Shown one piece after another: positions 1 through 9,057 of a DNA stretch of 64,000 nucleotides (the first letter of the stretch is position 1; each line of letters begins with the position of its first letter). The notes below the pieces were generated by a model that saw only the letters and a list, made by a program, of their open reading frames with translations, was not told where the DNA came from and made no database searches. The stretch spans positions 9,380-73,379 of the forward strand of contig DMBU01000091.1 of the NCBI GenBank assembly GCA_003446015.1, in the 5' to 3' direction. The stretch is from Bacteroidales bacterium. Its GTDB lineage: Bacteria; Bacteroidota; Bacteroidia; Bacteroidales; UBA12077. The position numbers and the translations under genes are program-made.

Positions 1-383
1 GCATATACCATAAAAATAAAAATTTACTTGAATATGCAGGAGCGTATAATCCTTTATATTTAATTAGAGATTGTGAGTTGCAAGAATATAAAGCCGACAG
101 AATGCCTATCGGAATATACCATGTAGAAAAAGACACATTCACAAATCACGAGATAAAAATTAAGAAGGGTGATATTATTTATATATTCTCAGATGGCTTT
201 GTTGATCAGTTTGGAGGACCTGCACAAACAAAATTTAAAAGCATGAATTTGAAAAAACTATTGCTGGAGATCTGTAATAAACCAATGGAGAATCAAAAAG
301 AAATTCTGGAAGAACGTTTTAATAAATGGAAAGGTAACTTGGATCAAATTGACGACATCATATTTATAGGAATAAAATTCTAA
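1..383 (+). CDS. SpoIIE/PP2C-family protein serine phosphatase, C-terminal fragment (5' end lies outside the window)
   Basis: The frame is open from nt 3. The translation LEYAGAYNPLYLI..DRMPIGI..FSDGFVDQFGG..QIDDIIFIGIKF is colinear with the C-termini of the SpoIIE-domain ORFs at 47735-48973 and 49000-50745. Confidence 0.8.
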   Translation, partial: IYHKNKNLLEYAGAYNPLYLIRDCELQEYKADRMPIGIYHVEKDTFTNHEIKIKKGDIIYIFSDGFVDQFGGPAQTKFKSMNLKKLLLEICNKPMENQKEILEERFNKWKGNLDQIDDIIFIGIKF

Positions 384-425
384 TTAAAAGAGTTGTCCTC
401 ATTTAATATTCACGAATTAATACTT

Positions 426-791
426 TTATTCTTTGTCCCTGTGAACTGTATCAGGAGAGAATGCAGGTAAACAAATGGCTACATATTCTGCACCACCTGC
501 AAAAGGTGAGCTATATTGCACCCACTCGTTTTTACCAATTAAAATTGCCTGTCCTGCAGTTATATTATATTCTTCATGATTTGTTTTAACCTTTAAAGAT
601 CCTTTCAGTACTACTGTATATTCGTCAAATTCTGGTTTTTGGCCAGGCTCTTCCCATCCTTGTGGGCTTGTCATTTTTGCAATACTTACATTAGAATCTT
701 TGCTATTTACTCTTCCAAAAAATTCTTCAATAATCTTACCTTCAGTTCCAGCGGCTTCAATAACTGAAGCTTCTTTAATTAACTTAATCAT
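426..791 (-). CDS. Cupin-fold small protein
   Basis: 121 aa ORF of typical cupin size with a beta-rich pattern (LKGSLKVKT..ITAGQAILIGKNEWVQY). It is not overlapped by a better ORF. Confidence 0.55.
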   Translation of the reverse strand: MIKLIKEASVIEAAGTEGKIIEEFFGRVNSKDSNVSIAKMTSPQGWEEPGQKPEFDEYTVVLKGSLKVKTNHEEYNITAGQAILIGKNEWVQYSSPFAGGAEYVAICLPAFSPDTVHRDKE

Positions 792-805
792 CTCTGTTTT
801 AGGTT

Positions 806-1780
806 TTATTCAAAATACTCAAATGCATCTATAATATCCAGGTAAACTCCGTCAAATCCTGAACTCAGAATTTTATCGAGGTACGCGTTTGAATTTCCAT
901 AGATTACATTTTGCCATTCGGTTTCCCAGTAACGCACCTTATAATTACCTTCCCAATCAGGGTTTTCAGCTTCGATCCAATCGGGTAAAGTAGTATTCCA
1001 TTCACTTTGCCAATAATACCTGTAATCTTCAGCCTCACCTATACTCATGTAAGAAATAACTAGACGAGAGCCACCATTTAATTTAGTTTTCAATTGTGCA
1101 ACATCGTTAAATGTTAAAATTTCTTCGTTAAAGAAACAATCTATAATTATTGCATCATAGTTAGTTCTTGAAACAGCTTCGAGAAAGGCTTGCTTTGATG
1201 CATAGTTTTCAGGGTTTAACAAATAGAGAAAGTTTTTAGCATCTGACAATGTTGCAATATCCAGATTGTTCACATTAAAAATTTGTAAAGGATAATCAGG
1301 AATTACATTTAACTCACGATCTGGTGCTGCAAACGAAATAAATCCTTTTATTTCGTTTTGCGAATATGAATCATCCATTTTTGATTCTGTCCAGCAATAA
1401 TCGGTTGTTAATACTTCAACATTGTTATTCTCACAAATATCGAGATAAGCTATCATGTAATCCTTTTCTGATAAAGGAGTTGCAACATTATCATCATCGT
1501 AACCATAATATAAATCTTCGCGCCCCACTCCATCAATGGCATTTAAATATGTTGAAACGGGAGTCCCATCCTCTTCACCATTAATTGTCACCAGCTCTTG
1601 ACCATTTTGAGGAATAACAATAAAATTGGCATTCTCGGCTTTTGCATATTGGCTAATTTGAATAACAAAATCACGCATTTCCTGTCTGAAATCAACATCG
1701 CCATAATCGGGAGTTTCCTCATCGTCTGAACACGATAATAAGGATAATAATCCTGCAATTAAAAATATTTTATATTTCAT
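806..1780 (-). CDS. GH114-like / TM1410-family putative glycoside hydrolase lipoprotein
   Basis: Motifs YMSIGEAEDYRYYW and GFDGVYLDIIDAFEYF are typical of the Glyco_hydro_114/TM1410 family. A lipobox LLSLLSC follows the internal Met (MKYKIFLIAG), so that ATG is preferred over the upstream TTG at 1810. Confidence 0.55.
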   Translation of the reverse strand: MKYKIFLIAGLLSLLSCSDDEETPDYGDVDFRQEMRDFVIQISQYAKAENANFIVIPQNGQELVTINGEEDGTPVSTYLNAIDGVGREDLYYGYDDDNVATPLSEKDYMIAYLDICENNNVEVLTTDYCWTESKMDDSYSQNEIKGFISFAAPDRELNVIPDYPLQIFNVNNLDIATLSDAKNFLYLLNPENYASKQAFLEAVSRTNYDAIIIDCFFNEEILTFNDVAQLKTKLNGGSRLVISYMSIGEAEDYRYYWQSEWNTTLPDWIEAENPDWEGNYKVRYWETEWQNVIYGNSNAYLDKILSSGFDGVYLDIIDAFEYFE

Positions 1781-1837
1781 AATCCCCGTTTTTTTTGTGG
1801 TAAATAGCAAATTACAACTAAAAACCCTTTAAACAAA

Positions 1838-2863
1838 TTAATTACTATAAAATCCTTTTGCAGTAAACGCAAGCATAGCAATAACAACAATACTTAGAAT
1901 AAATGAATAAATCATTAATGCACCAAAGGTCTTAAAAAAAGCACCTATATATTTTCTATTGTAAAAGCGCTTAATTCCCACCATTAAATAAATTGGGATT
2001 CCTAACATTAATAATGCCTCGTTTCCTGAAAATTTTTCAGGGACAATCAATCTTAATATCATGACAATGGATGATATTCCAAAAATAAATGAATGAAAAT
2101 TAATAGAGAATATAAGATGCTTAACATATAACATTCTTGATTTCCATAATATCATGGCTAAAATCAATGCAAAAAACGGCATAAGTACAAACAAGGTATA
2201 TGAAAGATTCTTCAGGAATCTACTTACGAATAATTTCTGGTTTTCGCTGGCGTTAATTGCACCAATCACCATCTGCTTTAAAGGTTCTGAATTAGTAGAA
2301 TCATTCAGAACTTCCTGTTTAATTTTTTCTTTATCAAAATTTGAAAAATTTTCAAGAATGATGTCTGAATTGTTTTGAATACTGTCCTCTCCATTGAAGG
2401 TATACTCACCTTTAATATTCATGCTAAGAGTATCTCCATGTAAACCAGAAACAAGTGATGCCTGATTCTTAGTTGGGGTCTCATTAAACTTAATTATATT
2501 TTTGGATTTATCGGAACCTGTATATTGAATAAGAAAGAAAAAAAGAATACTAAAGAACATGTACATTCTCATTGGTGGAACATACTTTTTACGACGCCCA
2601 TTAAAATATTCCTGAGTTAAAAACCCCGGTTTTGTAAAAAAGGGAAGCAAGGTTTTTAATAAGCGAATATCCAGATTAATGGAATCAAATAAATCACCTA
2701 CAATTTCTTTTATGGGTTTATTAAAATCTTTATTTGATTGCCCACAACTGGGACAAAATCGTCCTACTTCTGTTTCACCACAATTAGGACAAATAATAAA
2801 ATCGTACTTGGAAACTTCCTGACTTTTTTTCTCTATCTTTTTTAAATCTTCACCTTTGGCCAT
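1838..2863 (-). CDS. DUF3667-like zinc-ribbon membrane protein
   Basis: N-terminal double CxxC (CPNCG..CPSCG) followed by several hydrophobic helices. This is the DUF3667 architecture. Confidence 0.6.
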   Translation of the reverse strand: MAKGEDLKKIEKKSQEVSKYDFIICPNCGETEVGRFCPSCGQSNKDFNKPIKEIVGDLFDSINLDIRLLKTLLPFFTKPGFLTQEYFNGRRKKYVPPMRMYMFFSILFFFLIQYTGSDKSKNIIKFNETPTKNQASLVSGLHGDTLSMNIKGEYTFNGEDSIQNNSDIILENFSNFDKEKIKQEVLNDSTNSEPLKQMVIGAINASENQKLFVSRFLKNLSYTLFVLMPFFALILAMILWKSRMLYVKHLIFSINFHSFIFGISSIVMILRLIVPEKFSGNEALLMLGIPIYLMVGIKRFYNRKYIGAFFKTFGALMIYSFILSIVVIAMLAFTAKGFYSN

Positions 2864-2933
2864 AAAACATCATCATTTTTTTTGCGAAATGAAAGTAATA
2901 CAATCTATGAAATATTTAAAATAAATTTTAGGA

Positions 2934-3581
2934 TTAGTTTAATTTCACGAATTTTTCTCCATGTAATCGACGCTTTAATATCCTTTTAAGTTCCCGTTTT
3001 GTAGGTTTTAGAAAATACTCCTTTTCATCGTTAACGGAGTCAGTATAAACTTCTATGGAGGTAATATTTTTTATGAATCTTAAATCATCATCGGTAAGTA
3101 TATTATCAAATTCGAGGGTATCTCCCATTAATTGAATAACTTTTACTTGCCAATACTCGTTGGAATCTTTAAAATTCAAGAAATAGTAATTCTTGTAATA
3201 TCTTAATAATTGGTTCTCTGATACTTGAAACACATTTTCGTCTTTACTTGAGTAAACCTTAACAGAATCACCAAAAGATTTTATTGTAATATTCCAATTC
3301 TCGGTAAAAGTAAATGAAGTATCTTCCGATATAGTATCCCCTATTTCTTCACGGAATTCTGTTTTTGATAAAATTAAATTTTCGCGATACTCTTTAATAA
3401 TTTTATCAGACTCAATACTAATAACAGCAGAGTCATAAACCGACATGTATTTACCTAATATACTAGCTGAAAAACCATCAAGATTTGTTGAATTTTCAGG
3501 CTGAGGTACTTTAAACCAAATATATGGCCCACAACTTAAAAGTAATAAAAGAGCTACATAAATAACCAATTTTCTTTTCAT
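2934..3581 (-). CDS. Hypothetical lipoprotein
   Basis: 215 aa ORF with a signal peptide and lipobox (LLLLSCGP). No family was recognised. Confidence 0.5.
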   Translation of the reverse strand: MKRKLVIYVALLLLLSCGPYIWFKVPQPENSTNLDGFSASILGKYMSVYDSAVISIESDKIIKEYRENLILSKTEFREEIGDTISEDTSFTFTENWNITIKSFGDSVKVYSSKDENVFQVSENQLLRYYKNYYFLNFKDSNEYWQVKVIQLMGDTLEFDNILTDDDLRFIKNITSIEVYTDSVNDEKEYFLKPTKRELKRILKRRLHGEKFVKLN

Positions 3582-3604
3582 TCTTACTCAATTGATTTAA
3601 TGTA

Positions 3605-3755
3605 TGTCCTTTTTTATGCATAATGAGTTATCTTGATTTTCTTCTATTGCCCCCTGCCCTAAAGGGTGAGAAGAAAATCAATTACTCCCTTTAGGGTTCG
3701 GGGCAAATAATTGATTTCCTGAGAAATAATAGTTTAATATGCATAAAAGCGGACA
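3605..3755. repeat. About 150 bp imperfect nested palindrome with pseudoknot-type A-B-A'-B' arrangement
   Basis: Outer arms are tgtcc-ttttttatgcata (3605-3622) and tatgcataaaagcggaca (3738-3755). The GC-rich inner stem is ttgccccctgccctaaaggg (3647-3666) with ccctttagggttcggggcaa (3687-3706). The loop segment gaaaatcaatta (3673-3684) is complementary to taattgatttcc (3708-3719). Confidence 0.5.
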
Positions 3756-3815
3756 ACCAAAATTCATTTTTAACCAATTTACAAATTAAAGCTCATAAAA
3801 TAAATTTATTATGAA

Positions 3816-3850
3816 ATAAAAAAGGAGCTGCACAAAATGAACAGCTCCTT
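3816..3850 (-). terminator. Intrinsic terminator downstream of pepD
   Basis: Stem aaggagctg/cagctcctt with an 11 nt loop, followed on the minus strand by a T-run. Confidence 0.7.
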
Positions 3851-3868
3851 ACTATCAATTTAATTTTT

Positions 3869-5326
3869 TTATTTTTTTGGAATATTCTTTAATGTTTCAA
3901 TTAAGAAGTCGTAAAACATTCCAACCGTTTTAATATTTACTTTCTCATCAGGAGAATGAGGAAAACGGATGGTTGGTCCGAATGATATGGTATCCAGATT
4001 TGGATAATTTTCCATGATAATTCCACATTCCAGTCCTGCATGTATTGCTTTTATCTCTGGAACTTTTCCCCATTTATTATTATAAACATCCTGCATAGTT
4101 TTTAAAATTGGAGAATTGATATTAGGATTCCATCCGGGATATGCACCTTCGTGCACCACTTCGGCACCTGCTAACTCCAATACGCAACGAATCATGTTTG
4201 CTAAATCTTCTTTCGAACTATCAACCGAGCTACGTTGCAACGAAGCTACTTCAATAAATCCGTTTTTCTTTGAAACAATTGCAAGGTTCGTAGAAGTTTC
4301 AACCAAACCTTCCATTGCATCACTCATACGAATAACTCCATTTGGAAATCCATAAAGAGCCTTAATTAAATTATTCGATGTTTTTTCATCAATTACTTTA
4401 GCCGGCATAGTTGTTTCATCATAAGTAATTGCTAAGCCGGGTTCAGTAACCGATAGCTCGCTTTTGATTTGAGGAACTAACTCATCAATAAAGGCTTTAA
4501 AATCGCCAAGTTGAGATTTAAGAACTGTAACAACAGCGAAACCTTCGCGTGGAATAGCATTTCTAAGACTACCAGATTGAATATCAGCTAAACGAACTTC
4601 CAATGTTTTATTAACTGCATAAAGTATTCTATTCAAAATTTTATTGGAATTCCCGCGTCCTAAAGGAATATCTAATCCTGAGTGTCCACCTTTTAATCCT
4701 TTTACATCAATTCTGAAAGCTGCAGAATCTGTAGGAACTGATTCTTCTTTAAAATAAAATTTTGCATTTGTGTCAACACCACCAGCACAACCAATATACA
4801 ATTCACCTTCATCTTCGGAGTCTGTGTTGATCATAATATCAGCCTTCAATATTCCGGCTTTTAAATTTTCAGCACCGGTCATTCCTGTTTCTTCGTCGAT
4901 GGTTAACAAAACTTCCAATGGACCATGTTGAATATCTTTAGATTTAAGAACTGCCAACGATGCAGCAACACCAATTCCATTATCAGCTCCAAGTGTAGTA
5001 TCTTTTGCAGTAACCCATTCACCATCAACATAAGCCTGAATTGGATCTGTCTCAAAATTATGATTGATATCACTATTTTTTTGTGGTACCATATCCAGAT
5101 GACCCTGAAGGACAACTGTTTTTCGATCTTCCATTCCTGGTGTTGCAGGTTTTTTAATAATTACATTTTGGATCTCATCAACAATCGTTTCCAATCCAAG
5201 ATCTTCTCCAAATTTCTTAGCGAATTCAACAGCTTTTTGCTCTTTTTTTGATGGGCGTGGTATGTCGCACAGTTGTTGAAATATTTCCCAAACTGCTTTT
5301 GGTTCTAAATTGCGAATTTCACTCAT
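3869..5326 (-). CDS. pepD: Aminoacyl-histidine (Xaa-His) dipeptidase, M20 family
   Basis: 485 aa with motifs GHLDMVPQ, GADNGIG and IDEETGMTGA. The length and termini are typical of PepD. Confidence 0.9.
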   Translation of the reverse strand: MSEIRNLEPKAVWEIFQQLCDIPRPSKKEQKAVEFAKKFGEDLGLETIVDEIQNVIIKKPATPGMEDRKTVVLQGHLDMVPQKNSDINHNFETDPIQAYVDGEWVTAKDTTLGADNGIGVAASLAVLKSKDIQHGPLEVLLTIDEETGMTGAENLKAGILKADIMINTDSEDEGELYIGCAGGVDTNAKFYFKEESVPTDSAAFRIDVKGLKGGHSGLDIPLGRGNSNKILNRILYAVNKTLEVRLADIQSGSLRNAIPREGFAVVTVLKSQLGDFKAFIDELVPQIKSELSVTEPGLAITYDETTMPAKVIDEKTSNNLIKALYGFPNGVIRMSDAMEGLVETSTNLAIVSKKNGFIEVASLQRSSVDSSKEDLANMIRCVLELAGAEVVHEGAYPGWNPNINSPILKTMQDVYNNKWGKVPEIKAIHAGLECGIIMENYPNLDTISFGPTIRFPHSPDEKVNIKTVGMFYDFLIETLKNIPKK

Positions 5327-5671
5327 TATAATTCCTCCGTTTAAATTATTTAAATTAATATTTATACAATGACTATTTTTTTCAAGGATTGTTTAATTTT
5401 TTACTTAAAAAATTAACAAGCTCAAATTTAAAAAAAAATACTGGCTTACTAAAGGCTTAAAATGTTTAATTAAAAAACTTAACAATTCTTAACATAAAAT
5501 TACTTGACTGTTAATCCCTTTGTTGAAATTAAATAATCTTAATCATATTAATTTATTAGTTTCAAGAAAATATTGTAAAATTGAAACAAAAGGATTTTAT
5601 TTGTGTTTAAATAATACATATGGAAATATGTATATATTTTATTGTAATTCGATAATAAACCAGACGGAAAT

Positions 5672-6208
5672 ATGAAGAAGATAGCGGTATTAATGGTCCT
5701 TGCATGCATAGGATTATTAAAGGTAAGTATGGCACAGGAAGCAAAAGTAAAATGGTACACATTTGAAGAAGCTGTTGAATTAAATAAAAAAGAACAACGA
5801 AAAATATTTATTGATGTTTATACTGACTGGTGTGGATGGTGCAAAAAGATGGAAGCTACAACATTTACAGATCCGGTAATTTCAAACATATTAAACAAGG
5901 ATTATTATGCAGTAAGATTCGATGCAGAAACAACAGACACCATTGGTTTTGGAGGAAAACAATTTGTTAATGATGGTGGCAGATCCAGATCACCACATCA
6001 ATTAGCAGTGGCTTTACTTCAAGGTAAAATGTCTTACCCTTCGATAGCCTATTTAAATGAAGATAATCAATTATTAACATCAGTTCCCGGATATTATACT
6101 GCAGATAGATTAGAACCTATTCTGAAATTTTTTGCCGAAGATGCTTTTAAAACACAAAGTTTTGAAGAGTTTCAGAAGAATTTCAAGAGTGAGATAAAAA
6201 CAAATTAG
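5672..6208 (+). CDS. Secreted thioredoxin-fold protein (DUF255/thioredoxin-like)
   Basis: Signal peptide plus a CxxC in the context YTDWCGWCKKME. Confidence 0.75.
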   Translation: MKKIAVLMVLACIGLLKVSMAQEAKVKWYTFEEAVELNKKEQRKIFIDVYTDWCGWCKKMEATTFTDPVISNILNKDYYAVRFDAETTDTIGFGGKQFVNDGGRSRSPHQLAVALLQGKMSYPSIAYLNEDNQLLTSVPGYYTADRLEPILKFFAEDAFKTQSFEEFQKNFKSEIKTN

Positions 6209-6255
6209 ATCTAAGTATCAAGTTTTGAGATTTGAGTTTCAAAACTGAAATTTAT

Positions 6256-7404
6256 TTATTTTTCATCTTTTCTGTAAAATTCAATAAAGCTTTCTTCATT
6301 CATTAAAAACATGGCGGGAAACTGAACAATAGTTCCATATTGCTCCACATTTACTTTTCGCTTTGCTAATAACGAATTACCATCATAAACTTTTACAGTA
6401 ACCTGATCTGGAATTCTATAATAGATTTTATCCTTATAACTTGTTCCTTCTCTATTTATTTGATCAGAAAATAAATACGCCAAGTTCTTCGTTTGATCCT
6501 TTTTCGCTAATTCAACTATAATTGGTCTGCCCCTTAAATCATTAGGATTTAATATTCCTTTATCTTCATTAAAGCGAAACAAAATATATGGTTGTTCTAA
6601 TTCTTTTTCAGTAGGTACAAATTCAAAGTTTGCACTATAATTACTTGTAAATCTTTTGCCAATAAATAATTCCAGATAATCATTTTCCAGACGGTTTAAT
6701 TCATTTATCGCAAGATCCATTGACTTTCCGTCAGGATAAAAGTCGGACATCCCTGTTAATAACTCAAATCTCTTTTCACGAATCATAAAAATAAAATATG
6801 CAGCTTCTTCAGCTTTTTCTTCGAATGATTTATAAACTGATTGGTTTTTTGTTACCGGAACTTTTGCAAATAATGAATCTCGTTGTACACGTTTGTAATA
6901 AGTGATTTTCTCCTGTCCAACAAACTTCGAAACACTTAAATCAGTAAATACAATATCATTCCCAGTATTATTAAAACCATAGAAGTCGTTTGAGAAACTG
7001 TTTACATCAGGTTTATTTACTGGTAAAATACTACCATTTTGTATCAGTTTATTAAAATCAATTTTCATTTTACCGCTTGGTTCAAGAATATAATATTGAC
7101 TTGGATCAATGTCATTGTACGTCTGAACAATAATATCATTAATTTCCCAAACGGAAGATTCTCTTTCAGGAGCGTTTTCTATTCCCATGTATTTTTCGGC
7201 ATACTCGTGATAAGGTCCCGGAATAATATCTGTTTTTACTGAATTAATGGTAAACTTAAGGTTGGTTTGTGGCAATGCATAAATTATTCCACTCTCCGAA
7301 ACGGCACTTACATTTTCAATCTTTGTAACCAGTGTTTCTGATGTTGGTTTACAAGAAAATAATGCAAAGATGCTTAATGCTACCAATACAAATCTATTTT
7401 TCAT
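6256..7404 (-). CDS. DUF4831-family lipoprotein
   Basis: Lipobox ALFSC. The N-terminal pattern IYALPQT.L.F......D..PGPY..YAEKYMGI is typical of DUF4831. Confidence 0.6.
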   Translation of the reverse strand: MKNRFVLVALSIFALFSCKPTSETLVTKIENVSAVSESGIIYALPQTNLKFTINSVKTDIIPGPYHEYAEKYMGIENAPERESSVWEINDIIVQTYNDIDPSQYYILEPSGKMKIDFNKLIQNGSILPVNKPDVNSFSNDFYGFNNTGNDIVFTDLSVSKFVGQEKITYYKRVQRDSLFAKVPVTKNQSVYKSFEEKAEEAAYFIFMIREKRFELLTGMSDFYPDGKSMDLAINELNRLENDYLELFIGKRFTSNYSANFEFVPTEKELEQPYILFRFNEDKGILNPNDLRGRPIIVELAKKDQTKNLAYLFSDQINREGTSYKDKIYYRIPDQVTVKVYDGNSLLAKRKVNVEQYGTIVQFPAMFLMNEESFIEFYRKDEK

Positions 7405-7408
7405 GATT

Positions 7409-8920
7409 CTATTCTTTAATTTTTAAAAATGCTTTTCCTAAATGATCAATGATATCGGATGCAATTAATGCCTCCTGCCCTATTTCTTCTGAAGCAATAT
7501 CACCGGCTAAGCCATGTAAATATACTCCAATAATTGCAGCTAATTTGGGTTCATAATCCTGACCTAATAACGAAAGAATAATCCCAGTTAGTACATCGCC
7601 ACTCCCCGCTGTTGCCATTCCCGGATTTCCTGTACTATTGAAATAGCAAGAACCATCAGGACAGCTTATAGATGTATGAGCTCCTTTTAATACAATATAA
7701 ACTTTATTTTTTAGAGAAAAATCTATTTGAGTCTGAATTCTCTCAAAATCGTCAGTAGTTTTTCCTACTAACCTTTCAAATTCTTTGGGATGTGGGGTTA
7801 AAATACTATTTGTAGGAATTTTTTTTAATAATTCTTTTTGTTCGGATATTATATTTAATGCATCGGCATCAATAACCATAGGATCATCAATAGAATCGAA
7901 CAAATCTGATAAGCCTTTTTTTGTATTTTGTTTTGTTCCAATTCCGGGTCCAACACCAACAGATGTATAGTTTTCAGCATCAGGCGCGTTTGTAAAAATA
8001 AGATCTGACTGGTCAATACTAATCATTGCCTCAGGTAATGCTGTTTGCATAATTTCATAGCCTGTTTTTGGGATGTGAACACTTACTAAACCCGAACCCG
8101 ATCTTAAACAAGCCTTTGCCGCTAAAACAGCAGCTCCAATTTTACCATAACATCCAGCTATTAAAAGTACATGCCCGTATGTTCCTTTATGAGAAAACTT
8201 TTTCCTGGTTTTTAGTTGATCTTTAATAAATTGATGATCAGTCATATAAAAATCAGATTCTAAATGATCAATAAAGTGCTGATTTAATCCAATGGGTAAT
8301 ACCTCCCAATCTCCAACAAAGATCTCATTTTTTGCAAAAAAGAAAGATAATTTAGGTAACTGGAATGTTAGCGTATGTTTCGCTTTAATAATTGAATCCA
8401 AATCATTATCCCCGTTGTTTTCACCAAATAAACCCGATGGAATATCAATGGCAATAATATCAGCTTCTGAAATATTTAAATATTGAACTAGTTCTTTTGA
8501 AACACCTTCCAGCTTTCGAGTTAAACCCGATCCAAATAAGCCATCAATCAAAACATCATCGTTTTCAATTTTTGGAAAATCATTCTTGTTTGAGATTTCT
8601 TTAATTGTAATTTTCTTTATGTCCTTTACTCTTTCTAAATTAATTTGGCAATCGTGTGAAAGGTGATCAGAAATTCTTACTAAAAAAACCTCTGTTTTAA
8701 AATTAAATTCTACAAGCTGACGGGCAATTGCTAGTCCATCGCCTCCATTATTTCCGGGACCAACGAATATTTTTAACTTCTTTTGGCTGGAAATATTTCT
8801 GGAAATCCACTGGCTTATTGTTTGCGCTGCACGCTCCATTAAATCAATGGATGCAACAGGTTCATTTTTTATAGTAAAAGCATCCACTTCTCTGACTTGA
8901 GGTGATTTTAGAATTTTCAT
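7409..8920 (-). CDS. nnr: Bifunctional NAD(P)H-hydrate epimerase / ADP-dependent dehydratase
   Basis: 503 aa with an N-terminal YjeF_N motif GPGNNGGDG and a C-terminal kinase-like motif GSGDVLTGII. Confidence 0.9.
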   Translation of the reverse strand: MKILKSPQVREVDAFTIKNEPVASIDLMERAAQTISQWISRNISSQKKLKIFVGPGNNGGDGLAIARQLVEFNFKTEVFLVRISDHLSHDCQINLERVKDIKKITIKEISNKNDFPKIENDDVLIDGLFGSGLTRKLEGVSKELVQYLNISEADIIAIDIPSGLFGENNGDNDLDSIIKAKHTLTFQLPKLSFFFAKNEIFVGDWEVLPIGLNQHFIDHLESDFYMTDHQFIKDQLKTRKKFSHKGTYGHVLLIAGCYGKIGAAVLAAKACLRSGSGLVSVHIPKTGYEIMQTALPEAMISIDQSDLIFTNAPDAENYTSVGVGPGIGTKQNTKKGLSDLFDSIDDPMVIDADALNIISEQKELLKKIPTNSILTPHPKEFERLVGKTTDDFERIQTQIDFSLKNKVYIVLKGAHTSISCPDGSCYFNSTGNPGMATAGSGDVLTGIILSLLGQDYEPKLAAIIGVYLHGLAGDIASEEIGQEALIASDIIDHLGKAFLKIKE

Positions 8921-8940
8921 TTTTACAAATCATTTTTTAA

Positions 8941-8948
8941 CAAATTTA
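8941..8948 (-). promoter_or_regulatory. Candidate Bacteroidota sigma-A -7 box (TAAATTTG) for nnr
   Basis: The plus-strand sequence caaattta matches the reverse complement of TAnnTTTG, 21 nt upstream of the start codon. Confidence 0.4.
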
Positions 8949-8995
8949 ATCGCTTAAACCTTTAAACAAAAACTTGGTCACAGAAAAAAGATTTT

Positions 8996-9003
8996 TATAT
9001 TTG
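8996..9003 (+). promoter_or_regulatory. Candidate -7 box (TATATTTG) for the POT transporter gene
   Basis: Exact TAnnTTTG match. A TTG lies 19 bp upstream (8974-8976) and the start codon is 55 nt downstream. Confidence 0.45.
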
Positions 9004-9057
9004 TCTTTCCTAAATTTAAGATATTGAAAATTAATATTAACTAAAAAATAATGAATT

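Noticed and set aside
5559-5587. Inverted repeat gtttcaa-N15-ttgaaac in the pepD / thioredoxin-like divergent region
   Set aside because: The 7 bp arms are AT-rich and lie in very AT-rich DNA, so the match is compatible with chance. No second copy was seen elsewhere.
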